Below are positions 21,387 to 31,638 of a DNA stretch of 64,000 nt, one piece after another. The DNA lies in NCBI GenBank assembly GCA_963819655.1, contig CAWFXA010000002.1:896001-960000 (forward strand), read 5' to 3'. The stretch comes from an uncultured Chloroflexia bacterium. Lineage in GTDB: Bacteria > Chloroflexota > Limnocylindria > Limnocylindrales > CSP1-4. The notes beneath the pieces were generated by a model, which saw only the letters and a list, made by a program, of their open reading frames with translations, searched no databases and was not told the DNA's origin. The first letter of the stretch is position 1. Every line of letters begins with the position of its first letter. A program made the translations under genes and the position numbers.

Positions 21387-23123
21387 ATGACGTTCCGTGC
21401 CAGGCCGGTCGTGAAGCGCTTCCAGCGACCATCGTGGGACAGCCGCGACCGCCGTAACTTCTACCTCAACCTGGGCTTCGGCCTCGCGGTCCTCGCCGCG
21501 CTCCTGATCCTCGGCGCAGCCGTCGCGCTGAGCTACTACAACGACCACCTGGTCCCGGTCGGCAGCGTCGACGGCCAGTCGATCACGAGGGACGATCTGC
21601 GTGACCGTGCCGAAGTCGAGGACTGGCGGCTCCAGATCGCGCAGCGGCGCATCAACACCCAGGCCGCCGCGGAGCGTTTGACCCAGGCCCAGGCCGAAGT
21701 CCAGTCGCAGGTCGTGCAGCAGCAACGCCAGCAGCTGCTGCCGTTCTCGCTCGAGCGCATCATCGACAACCGGATCCAGGCGAAGCTGGCGACCGAGGAG
21801 GGCGTCACGGTGTCCGACGCCGACATCGACGCACGGCTCGTCGAGGAGGCCACCACCCCCGAGGCGCGCCACTCCTGGCAGATCGAGGTCAAGCCCGTCA
21901 CCGACAGCGGCGCCAGCGCGCCGACCGCCGAACAGGTCGCGGCCGCCCGAACGACGATCGAGAAGGCCCTCGCCGACATCAAGGGCGGCAAGAGCTGGGA
22001 CGACATCGCCAAGGTCGTCTCGACCGATTCCGCGAGCGCCCCGCAGGCCGGCGATCTCGGTTGGCTGACAAAGGACGACCAGCAGACCGACGAAGCCTTC
22101 CTCACAGCCCTGTTCGGTGCGACCGTGAACGCGCCGACCGACGTCATCGAGGGCGCGGACGGGATCTTCCGCATCGGCCGGGTGACCGAGATCGAGGCTG
22201 AGGCAGTCGACGCCGCATACACCGACACGCTCGTCAACGACGGCGTCGATCTCTCCAAATACCGCGAGGTCGTGCGTGGCGATGTCGTCCGCAAGAAGCT
22301 CGAGGACAAGCTCGTTGCCGATGCCTCGCAGCCTGCTCCACAGCGCGAGACCGCCGAGATCTACCTGAGCCAGGAGACGGCCAACCTGCCGGCCGACGCG
22401 GTCAAGGTCCGCCACATCCTCTTCTCGCCGAAGGACGATCCGAGCGCGGCGCAGGCCGGCGAGATCCCCGCGGACGACCCGTCATGGGGCCAGGCAAAGC
22501 TCGATGCCGACGCCGCCTACGCCCGGCTCAAAGGCGACGTCGACGGGTTCGACGCGCTGGCCCGCGAGGTGAGCGACGAGGAGAGCGCCCTCGGACCCGA
22601 CGGCACCGGCGGCGTCCTTGATGCGTACATCAGCGCCGACAGCGGCTTCGTCGAGTCCTTCACGAAGCCGATCCTCGATGCCAAGCCGACCGACGGCCAG
22701 CTCCTGCCCCCGATCAAGACCGAATTCGGGTACCACATCGTGCAGGTGATCAGCCACGCCCCGGACCTCGCCCAGATCAAGCAGCGGATCGATCGGGGCG
22801 CAGATTTCGCGGCGATCGCCCGCGAGCTGTCGGAAGGCGCCGAGGCGAGCCGCGGCGGGGAGCTCGGCTGGGTCGCCAAGGGCCAGCTCGACGAGCGGCT
22901 CACCAGCGCGATCTTCGCAGCGTCGATCGGCAAGACCTCGGACATCGTCACCGTCGAGGAAGACGGTCAGTATCTCTACAAGGTCGTGGCCGAAGAGGTG
23001 CGTACACCCGAGGGGCGCCAGCTCGAGGAGATCCGGTCGCGGGTGTTCGGCGACTGGTATCAACCCAAGAAGGACGCCGTGACCATCGTGCGCGACGAGG
23101 CGATCACCGGGGGCGCGGGCTAG
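21387..23123 (+). CDS. Membrane-anchored parvulin-type peptidyl-prolyl isomerase (PrsA/SurA-like)
   Basis: N-terminal TM, SurA-like N domain, GDLGW, VRHIL, TEFGYHI, GGELGW. Confidence 0.88.
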   Translation: MTFRARPVVKRFQRPSWDSRDRRNFYLNLGFGLAVLAALLILGAAVALSYYNDHLVPVGSVDGQSITRDDLRDRAEVEDWRLQIAQRRINTQAAAERLTQAQAEVQSQVVQQQRQQLLPFSLERIIDNRIQAKLATEEGVTVSDADIDARLVEEATTPEARHSWQIEVKPVTDSGASAPTAEQVAAARTTIEKALADIKGGKSWDDIAKVVSTDSASAPQAGDLGWLTKDDQQTDEAFLTALFGATVNAPTDVIEGADGIFRIGRVTEIEAEAVDAAYTDTLVNDGVDLSKYREVVRGDVVRKKLEDKLVADASQPAPQRETAEIYLSQETANLPADAVKVRHILFSPKDDPSAAQAGEIPADDPSWGQAKLDADAAYARLKGDVDGFDALAREVSDEESALGPDGTGGVLDAYISADSGFVESFTKPILDAKPTDGQLLPPIKTEFGYHIVQVISHAPDLAQIKQRIDRGADFAAIARELSEGAEASRGGELGWVAKGQLDERLTSAIFAASIGKTSDIVTVEEDGQYLYKVVAEEVRTPEGRQLEEIRSRVFGDWYQPKKDAVTIVRDEAITGGAG

Positions 23124-23133
23124 CGGCCCGGAG

Positions 23134-24306
23134 GTGCTGGACGCCCTCGTCACCGAGGCGCGACTCCGGTTCGGCCTCGATCCGGCGGCCGGCCTCCAGA
23201 TCGTCGCGGCCGAGCGCCTCATCGGCACGCCGCTGGAGGCGTCGCGACCCGCCCTCGTGGTGCCGCTCGTGATGCTCCGACCCGCCGGCCGTGCGGCCGC
23301 GGCTGATGCCGCATCCGCTCCGGCACCGCTCCCTGGGCGACACGGCCCGCGCGGGCGCCGGGCGCTCGACGTGCTGATGCGCGCCTACCCGCTCGATCAC
23401 CCCGTCGGTCGGTTCGGGACGGCCGCTGCGACGACGATCGGCGGACTGTCGGACGATGACCTGGCCGCGCCCTTCTATCTGGCGCCCCTCGCCGCCGAGG
23501 CGGCGGTCTTCGGTCCGTGGGCGATGCCCGCCATCAGCGACCGCCTGCGGGCGCCGGACGGTTGCCCGTGGGATCGCGAGCAGACCCATCAGACCCTGCG
23601 CAGCCACCTCCTCGAGGAGGCGTACGAGGTGTACGACGCGCTCGAGGCGGGTGCCACGCCCGAGCTCGCGGGCGAGCTCGGCGACCTGTGGCTCCAGATC
23701 GTGCTCCACGCGCAGCTCGCGGCAGAGGCCGGCGTGTTCGACCTGGCCGACGTCGAGGCGGCGATCGCGACCAAGATCGTCCGGCGCCATCCGCACGTGT
23801 TCGGGGATGCCGAGGCGCGCACCGCCACGGACGTCAACCGGCAATGGGAGCGGATCAAGGCCGCTGAGCGCGAGGGCGAGGCCGACGGCTCAAGCGCGAA
23901 GGGGGCGCTGGACGGGATCTCGGCCTCGTTGCCGGCGCTCGCGGCAAGCCAGGAGATGCAGGAGCGAGCCGCCAACATCGGCTACGACTGGCCATCGATC
24001 GAGGGTGTGCTCGACAAGGTCGTCGAGGAGACCGACGAGCTGCGCGAGGCAGCCGACGACGGCGCCGACCCGGGGGCATGGGCAGAGGAGTTCGGCGACT
24101 TGCTGTTCGTGCTCGTCAACGTGGCGCGCAAGCGCGGCATCGAGGCCGAGGCCGCCGTCCGCGCCGCGAATGCCAAGTTCCGCCGCAGGTTCGGCCGGGT
24201 TGAATCGATGGCGGCAGCCCGCGGGGTCGCCCTGCGCGACCTGGATTTCGCGGCTCTCGACGATCTGTGGGATGCAGCCAAGGCGGAGGAGAGGACGACG
24301 ACATGA
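23134..24306 (+). CDS. mazG: Nucleoside triphosphate pyrophosphohydrolase MazG
   Basis: [26 protein letters not shown], second EEFGD domain. Confidence 0.93.
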   Translation: MLDALVTEARLRFGLDPAAGLQIVAAERLIGTPLEASRPALVVPLVMLRPAGRAAAADAASAPAPLPGRHGPRGRRALDVLMRAYPLDHPVGRFGTAAATTIGGLSDDDLAAPFYLAPLAAEAAVFGPWAMPAISDRLRAPDGCPWDREQTHQTLRSHLLEEAYEVYDALEAGATPELAGELGDLWLQIVLHAQLAAEAGVFDLADVEAAIATKIVRRHPHVFGDAEARTATDVNRQWERIKAAEREGEADGSSAKGALDGISASLPALAASQEMQERAANIGYDWPSIEGVLDKVVEETDELREAADDGADPGAWAEEFGDLLFVLVNVARKRGIEAEAAVRAANAKFRRRFGRVESMAAARGVALRDLDFAALDDLWDAAKAEERTTT

Positions 24307-25037
24307 CGATCGGCAATCCACCCACGACCCGTGCCGACGGCCGCGCCCCGCGCGACCTGCGCCCGATCAGCTTCCAGCTCGGCGTCCAGAAATGGGCCGA
24401 GGGGTCGTGCCTCGTTCGCTTCGGCGATACGCAGGTCCTGTGCGCGGCCACGATCGCCGATCGCGTCCCGCCGCACCTCCGCGGCAAGGGCACCGGCTGG
24501 GTGACCGCCGAGTACTCGATGCTGCCGCGCGCCACCGCCGAGCGGACCGACCGCGAATCGGCCAAGGGGCGGATCGGCGGGCGGACGCACGAGATCCAGC
24601 GGCTCATCGGCCGGTCGCTGCGCGGCGTCGTCGACCTGTCACGGCTCGGCGAGCGCACGGTGACCGTCGACTGCGACGTGCTCCAGGCCGACGGAGGGAC
24701 GCGGACGGCGTCGATCACCGGTGGGTACGTCGCGCTCGGGGCGGCGCTCATCACGTACGGCATGGAGCGCCTGCTGACCTCCAAGGTGGCGGCGGTGTCG
24801 GTCGGGATCGTCGAGGGTGCCACGTATCTCGACCTCGACTACAGCGAGGATTCGCGGGCGGAGGTCGACATGAACGTCGTCGGCACGGACGCCGGGACGT
24901 ACGTCGAGCTGCAGGGCACGGCCGAGGGGCAGCCGTTCGACAGGGCCGCGATGACGTCGATGCTCGATCTCGCCGACGAGGGACTGGCCCGGCTGTTCGC
25001 CGCCCAGACCGAGGTGCTCGCCACGGTCAAACGGTGA
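24303..25037 (+). CDS. rph: Ribonuclease PH
   Basis: [34 protein letters not shown]. Confidence 0.97.
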   Translation: MTIGNPPTTRADGRAPRDLRPISFQLGVQKWAEGSCLVRFGDTQVLCAATIADRVPPHLRGKGTGWVTAEYSMLPRATAERTDRESAKGRIGGRTHEIQRLIGRSLRGVVDLSRLGERTVTVDCDVLQADGGTRTASITGGYVALGAALITYGMERLLTSKVAAVSVGIVEGATYLDLDYSEDSRAEVDMNVVGTDAGTYVELQGTAEGQPFDRAAMTSMLDLADEGLARLFAAQTEVLATVKR

Positions 25038-25039
25038 CG

Positions 25040-25646
25040 ATGGGCCGCCTGCTCATCGCGACACGGAGCGAGCACAAGCTGCGCGAACTGCGCGAGCTGC
25101 TCGACCTCCCGCGGGCGGAGCTCGTGTCCCTCGACGAGCTGGGCGTGGCCGGCGACCCGGTCGAGGACGGCGTGACGTTCGAGGCCAATGCCGCCATCAA
25201 GGCACGGTTCGGGCTGGACGCGACCGGGCTGCCGACACTCGCCGACGACTCGGGGCTCGAGGTCGACGCGCTCGATGGTGGGCCGGGCGTGCGGACGCGT
25301 CGGTACGCCGGCGAGGATGCGACCGACGCGCAGAACAACGCCAAGCTGCTCGCATCTCTCGCCGGTCTCGCCGCCCGATCGACGCGGAGCTGGCTATGTC
25401 TGCGTGCTCGCGCTGGCCATGCCCGGCGCGCCCGTGGACCTCGCCCGGGGGACGTGCCGCGGTCGGATCGCGACAGAGCCGCGGGGAACCGCCGGTTTCG
25501 GCTACGACCCGATCTTCGAACCGGAGGGCGAGCCACCCGGCGGCCGCACGTTCGGGCTGTGGACGCCGGAGGAGAAGAACAGCATCTCGCACCGGGCGCG
25601 GGCCGCTCGCCAGATGGCGCCGCGCCTGACGGCGCTCGGGTTCTGA
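25040..25646 (+). CDS. rdgB: Non-canonical purine NTP pyrophosphatase (RdgB/HAM1); frameshift near 25370
   Basis: [28 protein letters not shown]. Confidence 0.92.
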
Positions 25647-26215
25647 TGCGCATCTGCGTCTTCTGTGGCGCGAGCCCCGGCAAGGATCCGCGCTACGTGG
25701 CCGCGGCGCGCGAGGTCGGGGAGGGCCTCGCCCGGCGTGGCATCGGCCTGGTCTACGGCGGCGGTCGGGTCGGGTTGATGGGTGCCGTCGCCGAGGCGGC
25801 GCTGGCGGCCGGCGGCGAGGTGATCGGCGTGATCCCGCAGGGCCTCGTCGATCGCGAGCTGGCGCACCCGGGTCTCACGGAGCTGCATATCGTGGACACG
25901 CTTCACGAGCGCAAGGCGATCATGGCCGACCTGGCCGACGCGTTCATCGCGCTGCCCGGCGGCCTGGGCACGCTCGAGGAGCTCGCCGAGGTCGTGTCGT
26001 GGGCGCAGCTCGAGCTGCACGCGAAGCCGATCGGGCTGCTCGAGGTCGGCGACTACTGGACGCTGCTGCTGGCATGGCTCGACATGGCGGTCGCCGAGGG
26101 TTTCGTGGCGCCCGCCCATCGGCGTCTCGTGACACGCGGAGAATCGCTCGAGGCGCTGCTGGCGGCCTTCGCCGCGTGGCAGCCACCGCCGGGTCGCTGG
26201 GAGGCTGGTCCCTAG
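25646..26215 (+). CDS. LOG-family nucleotide phosphoribohydrolase (TIGR00730)
   Basis: [26 protein letters not shown]. Confidence 0.93.
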   Translation: MRICVFCGASPGKDPRYVAAAREVGEGLARRGIGLVYGGGRVGLMGAVAEAALAAGGEVIGVIPQGLVDRELAHPGLTELHIVDTLHERKAIMADLADAFIALPGGLGTLEELAEVVSWAQLELHAKPIGLLEVGDYWTLLLAWLDMAVAEGFVAPAHRRLVTRGESLEALLAAFAAWQPPPGRWEAGP

Positions 26216-27558
26216 GGCGAGGGTTTCGGCGTCGGCCACGGCTCCGGTGCGCCACCCGGCTGCGGGAACAGCCTCGCCGCCACCTCGCGGATGGCCGGCA
26301 GGTCCGGCATCAGCGACGAGCCGTAGCGCGTGTCGACCGAGCGCACGAGCGGATGCCTGATCACGGCCCGGGTGATCCCGCCCGATCCCATCTCGTCGAT
26401 CGCGGCCGCGAGCTGGGGCAGCCGTTCGATCGGCAGGTCGGTCCGGATCGAGTCGCCGACCGCGCCGAGCAACCCGGGGAGCTCCCAGAACACGCTGCCG
26501 CCATCGGTGGCTGCGTTCTTCAACGCCACGATGATCTGTTGCTGGCGGCCGGCCCGGGTGAAGTCGCTCTCGCCGGCGGACTTTCGGCTACGCGCATAGG
26601 CCAGGGCATCGACTCCGCCGAGGTGGTGTTTGCCCGCGCTGATCGACCAGCCCCGCCCGTCGGCGCCGAAGCCGTCGTAGCCCGGGTCGTCGATCGCCTT
26701 CGCGACCGCGATGTCGACGCCGCCGACCGCATCGACCATGTGGATGAAGCCCTCGAACTCCATCGTCGCGTGGTAGTGGATCGGGATCCCGAGCAGCTCG
26801 CCGATCGCGTCCTGGAGCGTCCGGAGGCCGCCCTTCGGGAAGTCCGCCGGGTGGCGGTCGGCGTAGGACATCAGCGAGTTGAGCTTCGGCCCGAAGTCGT
26901 CGCCGCCACCGAGCGGCACGTTCACGAGGTCACGCGGCAGCGACACCATCGAGGCGGTCTTGCCGACCGGATCGAACGACACGACCATCATCGTGTCGGT
27001 CAGGACCGTCGTGCGACCCGGAGCGGCATCGACGCCGAGGACCAGGACGTTGAGGCGCTCCTCCGTGCCGGGTCCGGGAGGGGTGGGACCGCCGTCGGCC
27101 GCCTGGACCGGGGTCTGGAAGATCCGCGCGAATGCGTCACCGAACGCGGTGCCGTAGCGGTACACGGCGAGGTGCGGCAGCACGACGAGCAAGGCGATCA
27201 CCAGGCCGCCGACGATCCCGAGCCTGCCCGTGGGCCCGTGGCGACGCGTGTCGAGGAACGCCTGCCCGACTGCGACCAACCGCCACAGCAGGATCAGGAG
27301 GTTGAGGGTCAGCAACCCGCCGAGCGCCGCCGGCGCGACCGCCCAAGCCGCGATCCGGGTCGGCGTCTGGGTCGCCCAGACCAGCCCGACCACGATTGCG
27401 ACGAGGATCGATGGGATCAGGAAGAGGGCGGTGAGCCTGCGCCGTCGATTGAACGACTGACCGAGACCGGGAACGATGGCGGACAGGCCGGCGGCGAAGA
27501 GCCGGCGGCGGTCGATGGGTCCGGACTCCGGTGCGGTCCGGATCCGACGGGCGTGCAC
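26212..27558 (-). CDS. LytR-CpsA-Psr (LCP) family glycopolymer ligase; start may be 27627
   Basis: TM segments, [32 protein letters not shown]. Confidence 0.92.
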   Translation of the reverse strand: MHARRIRTAPESGPIDRRRLFAAGLSAIVPGLGQSFNRRRRLTALFLIPSILVAIVVGLVWATQTPTRIAAWAVAPAALGGLLTLNLLILLWRLVAVGQAFLDTRRHGPTGRLGIVGGLVIALLVVLPHLAVYRYGTAFGDAFARIFQTPVQAADGGPTPPGPGTEERLNVLVLGVDAAPGRTTVLTDTMMVVSFDPVGKTASMVSLPRDLVNVPLGGGDDFGPKLNSLMSYADRHPADFPKGGLRTLQDAIGELLGIPIHYHATMEFEGFIHMVDAVGGVDIAVAKAIDDPGYDGFGADGRGWSISAGKHHLGGVDALAYARSRKSAGESDFTRAGRQQQIIVALKNAATDGGSVFWELPGLLGAVGDSIRTDLPIERLPQLAAAIDEMGSGGITRAVIRHPLVRSVDTRYGSSLMPDLPAIREVAARLFPQPGGAPEPWPTPKPSP

Positions 27559-27748
27559 GACGGGCGAAATCCCCCTGTGATGGCCGAGTCCGCCCGAGTC
27601 TACCTGAGGCCGTCTCGGACGCGACATGGAGACGCCGGGCGGTCGATCAGCCTGCCAGTGACCACCCGGCGTCTGGGTCTACGACGTGCCGGGGCGGCCG
27701 GGAGTTACGCCGGGGCGCTTGGTTGACGCCCGTATGATGGCCCGGCGT

Positions 27749-28606
27749 ATGCAGATCGCAGTGACCGGCGGTAGCGGCAAGCTTGGCCGAGCGGTGGTCG
27801 ATGAGCTGCTGGCGCACGACTACCAGGTCATCAACCTGGATCGCGTGCCGTCGACGGACGACCGAGCGCGGTTCACGCGCGTCGACTTCACCGATTTCGG
27901 GCAGACGGCCGGCGCCCTGACGGCGGTCGACGATCGCCATGACGGTCTCGACGCGGTCGTGCATCTGGCGGCCATCCCGGGACCGGGCATGGTCCCCAAC
28001 GCCACGATCTTCGCGAATAACGTCATCTCGACGTACAACGTGTTCCAGGCCGCTCGGATGGCAGGGATCCGGAACGTGGTGTGGGCGTCGAGCGAGACCG
28101 TGCTTGGTCTGCCGTTCGACGTCCCGCCCGTCTACGTCCCGGTCGACGAGGATGTCCCGCTGCGGCCCGCGACGGCCTACTCCCTCGGCAAGACGCTCGA
28201 TGAGGAGATGGCGCGCCAGTTCTGCCGTTGGGATCCCGCGGCGAAGATGATCGCGCTGCGGTTCTCGAACGTGATGCAGCCGACCGACTACGCCGCGTTC
28301 GAGGGCTTCCAGGCCGACGCCACCGTGCGGAAGTGGAACCTGTGGTCGTACATCGACGCGCGGGACGGCGCCCAGGCCGTCCGACGTGCGCTGGAGCACG
28401 ACGCGACCGGCTTCGACGTCTTCATCATCGCGAGCCCGGACACCGTCATGCGGCGGCCCAACGCCGACTTGCTCGCGGAAGTCTTCCCGGGCGTGCCCCT
28501 GAAGCGCCCCGTCGAACCGAACGAGACGTTGCTCTCGATCGACAAGGCGCGTCGTGTCCTGGGCTACGCGCCGCGCTTCAGCTGGCGGGACGCGGTCAGA
28601 GCCTGA
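27749..28606 (+). CDS. NAD-dependent epimerase/dehydratase (SDR)
   Basis: TGGSGKLG, ASSE, YSLGK. Confidence 0.9.
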   Translation: MQIAVTGGSGKLGRAVVDELLAHDYQVINLDRVPSTDDRARFTRVDFTDFGQTAGALTAVDDRHDGLDAVVHLAAIPGPGMVPNATIFANNVISTYNVFQAARMAGIRNVVWASSETVLGLPFDVPPVYVPVDEDVPLRPATAYSLGKTLDEEMARQFCRWDPAAKMIALRFSNVMQPTDYAAFEGFQADATVRKWNLWSYIDARDGAQAVRRALEHDATGFDVFIIASPDTVMRRPNADLLAEVFPGVPLKRPVEPNETLLSIDKARRVLGYAPRFSWRDAVRA

Positions 28607-28618
28607 GCCCGTATGCCG

Positions 28619-28849
28619 CTAGGCGGCGACTGCCGGGACCTCGACGATCGGCGTGTGTGTGTGGACAGGCGCCGTCACGGCCGCGAGCAGCCGCCCAACG
28701 CGACTCTCGCGTGGTTCGGTCAGCGTCGCGCAGTCGAGCCAGACGATCCCATCGCGCCACACTGCGGTCGTGTGGTTGCCGCAGGGGCACATCGGCTGTG
28801 CGTCACTGGCTCGTTCGATCAGGTCGACGATCATTCGGTCATCGTTCAT
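28619..28849 (-). CDS. Small hypothetical protein, possibly Zn-binding
   Basis: 76 aa with CPCG...C...HTH; GGGAG upstream; divergent from tetR. Confidence 0.7.
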   Translation of the reverse strand: MNDDRMIVDLIERASDAQPMCPCGNHTTAVWRDGIVWLDCATLTEPRESRVGRLLAAVTAPVHTHTPIVEVPAVAA

Positions 28850-28873
28850 GTGGATGAGTGCTCCCGGAAGAAT

Positions 28874-28895
28874 GGATACGGTACGTTCCGTATCC
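28874..28895. promoter_or_regulatory. Putative TetR operator 1
   Basis: GGATACGG-tacgtt-CCGTATCC inverted repeat. Confidence 0.8.
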
Positions 28896-28970
28896 TACAG
28901 GCTCGCGCGAAAGTATGCAAAGACGCGCCGCCTCGGAACGGTGGCAACGTCCGGGACGTCACGCTTGCCT

Positions 28971-28992
28971 TGATACGGTCCGTTCCGTATCA
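28971..28992. promoter_or_regulatory. Putative TetR operator 2, overlapping the tetR -10
   Basis: TGATACGG-tccgtt-CCGTATCA, near-identical to operator 1. Confidence 0.8.
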
Positions 28993-29000
28993 TTACGGCC

Positions 29001-29648
29001 ATGGCACTCACCACCGTGGCCCGCAAGGGCCGACCGCGTAGCGACGAGGTCCACCGCAGGATCCTCGACGCGACCCGCGAGCTCCTGAGCGAGGACGGGT
29101 TCTCCGATCTCCGACTCGAGCATGTCGCGGCGCGGGCGGGCGTGGGCAAGGCGACCATCTACCGTCGTTGGGGCTCCAAGGAGGCCCTGGCGCAGGAACT
29201 GCTCGCCGAGCTCGCGGGTCCCCACATCGCGGTGGCGGTGACGGGCGACACGCGCGAGGAGCTCCTGGCGGCGGTCGTCAACCCGATGCGCGCCATCACT
29301 GACACGCCGTTCGGCCCGGTGATTCGGGCCTTGCTCTCGCAGATCGCCGTCAACCCGACGCTCGGCGACCCGTTCCGGGCGACGGTCGTGCAGGCACGCC
29401 GCGACGAGATCGCGCGCGTGATCGCACGTGGGGTCGCACGCGGCGACCTTCGTCAGGACGCGAAGGTGGACGTCGCCACCGAGCTCCTGGTCGGCCCGGT
29501 TTACTTCCGGTTGATGTTCGGCGGCGACCTTGACGATGCGTTTGCGGAACGAATCGTCGATGCCGTGCTCCGCGGGTACGGCGACACATCTCAGAAACCA
29601 CGCGGTGCCAGCGCTCGCGCTGCGCACAAGGAGACTTCACCAGCATGA
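29001..29648 (+). CDS. TetR/AcrR regulator
   Basis: GRPRS, VAARAGVGKATIYRRW. Confidence 0.95.
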   Translation: MALTTVARKGRPRSDEVHRRILDATRELLSEDGFSDLRLEHVAARAGVGKATIYRRWGSKEALAQELLAELAGPHIAVAVTGDTREELLAAVVNPMRAITDTPFGPVIRALLSQIAVNPTLGDPFRATVVQARRDEIARVIARGVARGDLRQDAKVDVATELLVGPVYFRLMFGGDLDDAFAERIVDAVLRGYGDTSQKPRGASARAAHKETSPA

Positions 29649-30064
29649 AACAGCGAGACACCCTCGCCCAAGACACCCTCGCCCTCATCGCTCATGACGG
29701 CCGCAAAGCCGACCTGATCGCGTGGGCGACCTACAACCGCGAGCGGCTCTCCGGATTCGACCTCGTCGCCACGGCCACCACCGGAACGCTTCTGCGCGAC
29801 AAGGTCGGACTGAAGGTCGAGTCGGTCCTCTCGGGACCGATGGGCGGCGATGCCCAGATCGCGGCGATGGTCGCGGAAGGCCGCATCCGGGCGGTCTTCT
29901 TCTTCGTCGATCCGCTCAGCGCGCATCCGCACGACCCCGACATCCAGACCGTCATGCGGGTGTGCAACGTCCACGCCGTGCCGATCGCGACCAACGTCAC
30001 CGGCGCGGACCTGTTCCTGGCCTCGCCGCTGCTCCACACAGCGAAGGTGGCGCTGACAGCCTAG
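29645..30064 (+). CDS. mgsA: Methylglyoxal synthase
   Basis: ALIAHD, ATATTG, SGPMGGDAQI, HPHDPDI, ATN. Confidence 0.95.
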   Translation: MKQRDTLAQDTLALIAHDGRKADLIAWATYNRERLSGFDLVATATTGTLLRDKVGLKVESVLSGPMGGDAQIAAMVAEGRIRAVFFFVDPLSAHPHDPDIQTVMRVCNVHAVPIATNVTGADLFLASPLLHTAKVALTA

Positions 30065-30073
30065 CCGGCCAGC

Positions 30074-30349
30074 TCAGCCGACTCGTTCGGTGAGGTGGAC
30101 GGTGACAACGTCGCCTTCCCGCTTGTCGAGCAGCCGGCGCAGGTCGGCCTTGATCGGCAGCTTGTGGCTGCCATCGCCGAGCGCCATGAAGGAACTGCGG
30201 AAGGGATGCCCATCGACGGTCCCGACCACCTTGACGAGGCCGCGGGTCCCGAAGTACGCGGCAGTCCAGTCGGTCACGACGTAGGTCCAGCCGCCCGCCG
30301 CGGGGCTCTTCTGCAACGGTGCACTGAACGTCCTGTCGAGCGAGGTCAT
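30074..30349 (-). CDS. DUF1905 family protein
   Basis: [26 protein letters not shown]. Confidence 0.85.
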   Translation of the reverse strand: MTSLDRTFSAPLQKSPAAGGWTYVVTDWTAAYFGTRGLVKVVGTVDGHPFRSSFMALGDGSHKLPIKADLRRLLDKREGDVVTVHLTERVG

Positions 30350-30726
30350 GACATGTCCTCGACGACGTAGAAGCGGTTGCCGTCGGGGTCGTCGAACGTG
30401 TACATCGGTGGCACGCCGTCCAACCGCAGCATCTCGCCAGCGTTCACGCCGCGCTCCAGCATCACGGTGTGCTCCGCTTCGGCGTCGGGCACCGTGAACC
30501 GGATCCCGGTGTCGGCGCCGACGTCCGTCGCGTTCTCAGTGGCCTGGAGCGCGATCGACGTCGACGCCCCCGGCGGGGCGACCTCGATCCAGCGCATCGT
30601 CGGGCTGATCGGGGCATCGAGCCGCTTCTCGAAGCCGAGGTTCGTGACGTAGAACTCGATGGCGGCGTCCTGGTCGGCGACGGTGACGCCGATCGTGCGG
30701 ACGCCCTCGATGGTGGTCGATGGCAT
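30346..30726 (-). CDS. VOC/glyoxalase family protein
   Basis: [19 protein letters not shown]; AAGGAG RBS. Confidence 0.9.
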   Translation of the reverse strand: MPSTTIEGVRTIGVTVADQDAAIEFYVTNLGFEKRLDAPISPTMRWIEVAPPGASTSIALQATENATDVGADTGIRFTVPDAEAEHTVMLERGVNAGEMLRLDGVPPMYTFDDPDGNRFYVVEDMS

Positions 30727-30743
30727 CGTCGGTCTCCTTTGCC

Positions 30744-31502
30744 TTAGCGCTCGCCGTACATCAGCGAGCCCGGGGTGGTGAGGGTTTCGCCGGTCTCGAG
30801 CCAGGTCTTCAGGCCGGACAGGATCATCGGCCAGCCGCCGTAGAGCTCCTCCGGCGCGGTCTCGCTGAGCTGGTCGTGGGTCACGGTCAGCCGGCACGAG
30901 TCGCCGACTGGCTCGATCTCCCAGGTCACACGCGATGTGGCTTCACGCTCGGCGTCCTGGCCCCACTTCGCATTCATCGTCTGGACCAGCCGGCGCGGCG
31001 GATCGACCTCGAGGTTCTCGCCCTCGACGAGCGGCCCATCGGCGCCCGGGTGGTTCAGCGCGTAGGGCGAGCCCGGTGTCCAGTCGGACTCGATCCGGGC
31101 GCCGAAGTGGTACTTGGATCGGATCGTCGGGTCGGTGATCGCTTGCCAGAGGCGTTCCGGGGTCGTGCGGATGTAGATCTCGAAGACCTTCTCCATGTGT
31201 GTCTCCAGCTCGGTTTTCAGGCCGGTCAGGCCGGCCGCCCACGGTTCGGTGTACTTGCTCACCCAGCGGTCGTGGAGGAGGCGGATCGGCACCGGGTTGA
31301 GGTAGTGCAGCTTCTCCCGTCCCCGGCGCCTGCTCACCACGAGACCGGCGTCCTCGAGCAAGCCCAGGTGCTTCGCCACAGCGACCCTGGTCATGTCGTG
31401 TCGCGCGGTCAGCGCCGCAAGGGTCTGGCCGTCGCGCTCGAACAGCGCGTCGAGCAGGGCTCGGCGTGTCGGATCGGCGAGGGCCCGGAAGACCGTCTCC
31501 AT
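30744..31502 (-). CDS. ArsR HTH + SRPBCC (AHSA1) fusion regulator
   Basis: FRALADPTRR..KHL..LE; TTPERLWQAITDP..GW..ILSGLK. Confidence 0.92.
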   Translation of the reverse strand: METVFRALADPTRRALLDALFERDGQTLAALTARHDMTRVAVAKHLGLLEDAGLVVSRRRGREKLHYLNPVPIRLLHDRWVSKYTEPWAAGLTGLKTELETHMEKVFEIYIRTTPERLWQAITDPTIRSKYHFGARIESDWTPGSPYALNHPGADGPLVEGENLEVDPPRRLVQTMNAKWGQDAEREATSRVTWEIEPVGDSCRLTVTHDQLSETAPEELYGGWPMILSGLKTWLETGETLTTPGSLMYGER

Positions 31503-31509
31503 ACTGGAC

Positions 31510-31539
31510 ACAATAGGAAACCATATGGTTTCCTGTCAA
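31510..31539 (-). promoter_or_regulatory. Sigma70-type promoter with a perfect 20-bp palindromic operator
   Basis: TTGACA-N18-TATTGT, 7 nt before ATG; AGGAAACCATATGGTTTCCT (31515-31534). Confidence 0.85.
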
Positions 31540-31638
31540 GTCCCACAATCCGCTCTGCGATGGTCACGGTGTGGCGTTCACGGTGCGACGTTCACGCGGT
31601 AGAGTCCGAGCAGGCGCGCACGCTGGGAGGATCCGACG

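Noticed and set aside
23456-26215. 919-aa ORF as an RdgB-LOG fusion
   Set aside because: Artefact of the rdgB frameshift near 25370; rdgB ends at 25646 and LOG has its own ATG
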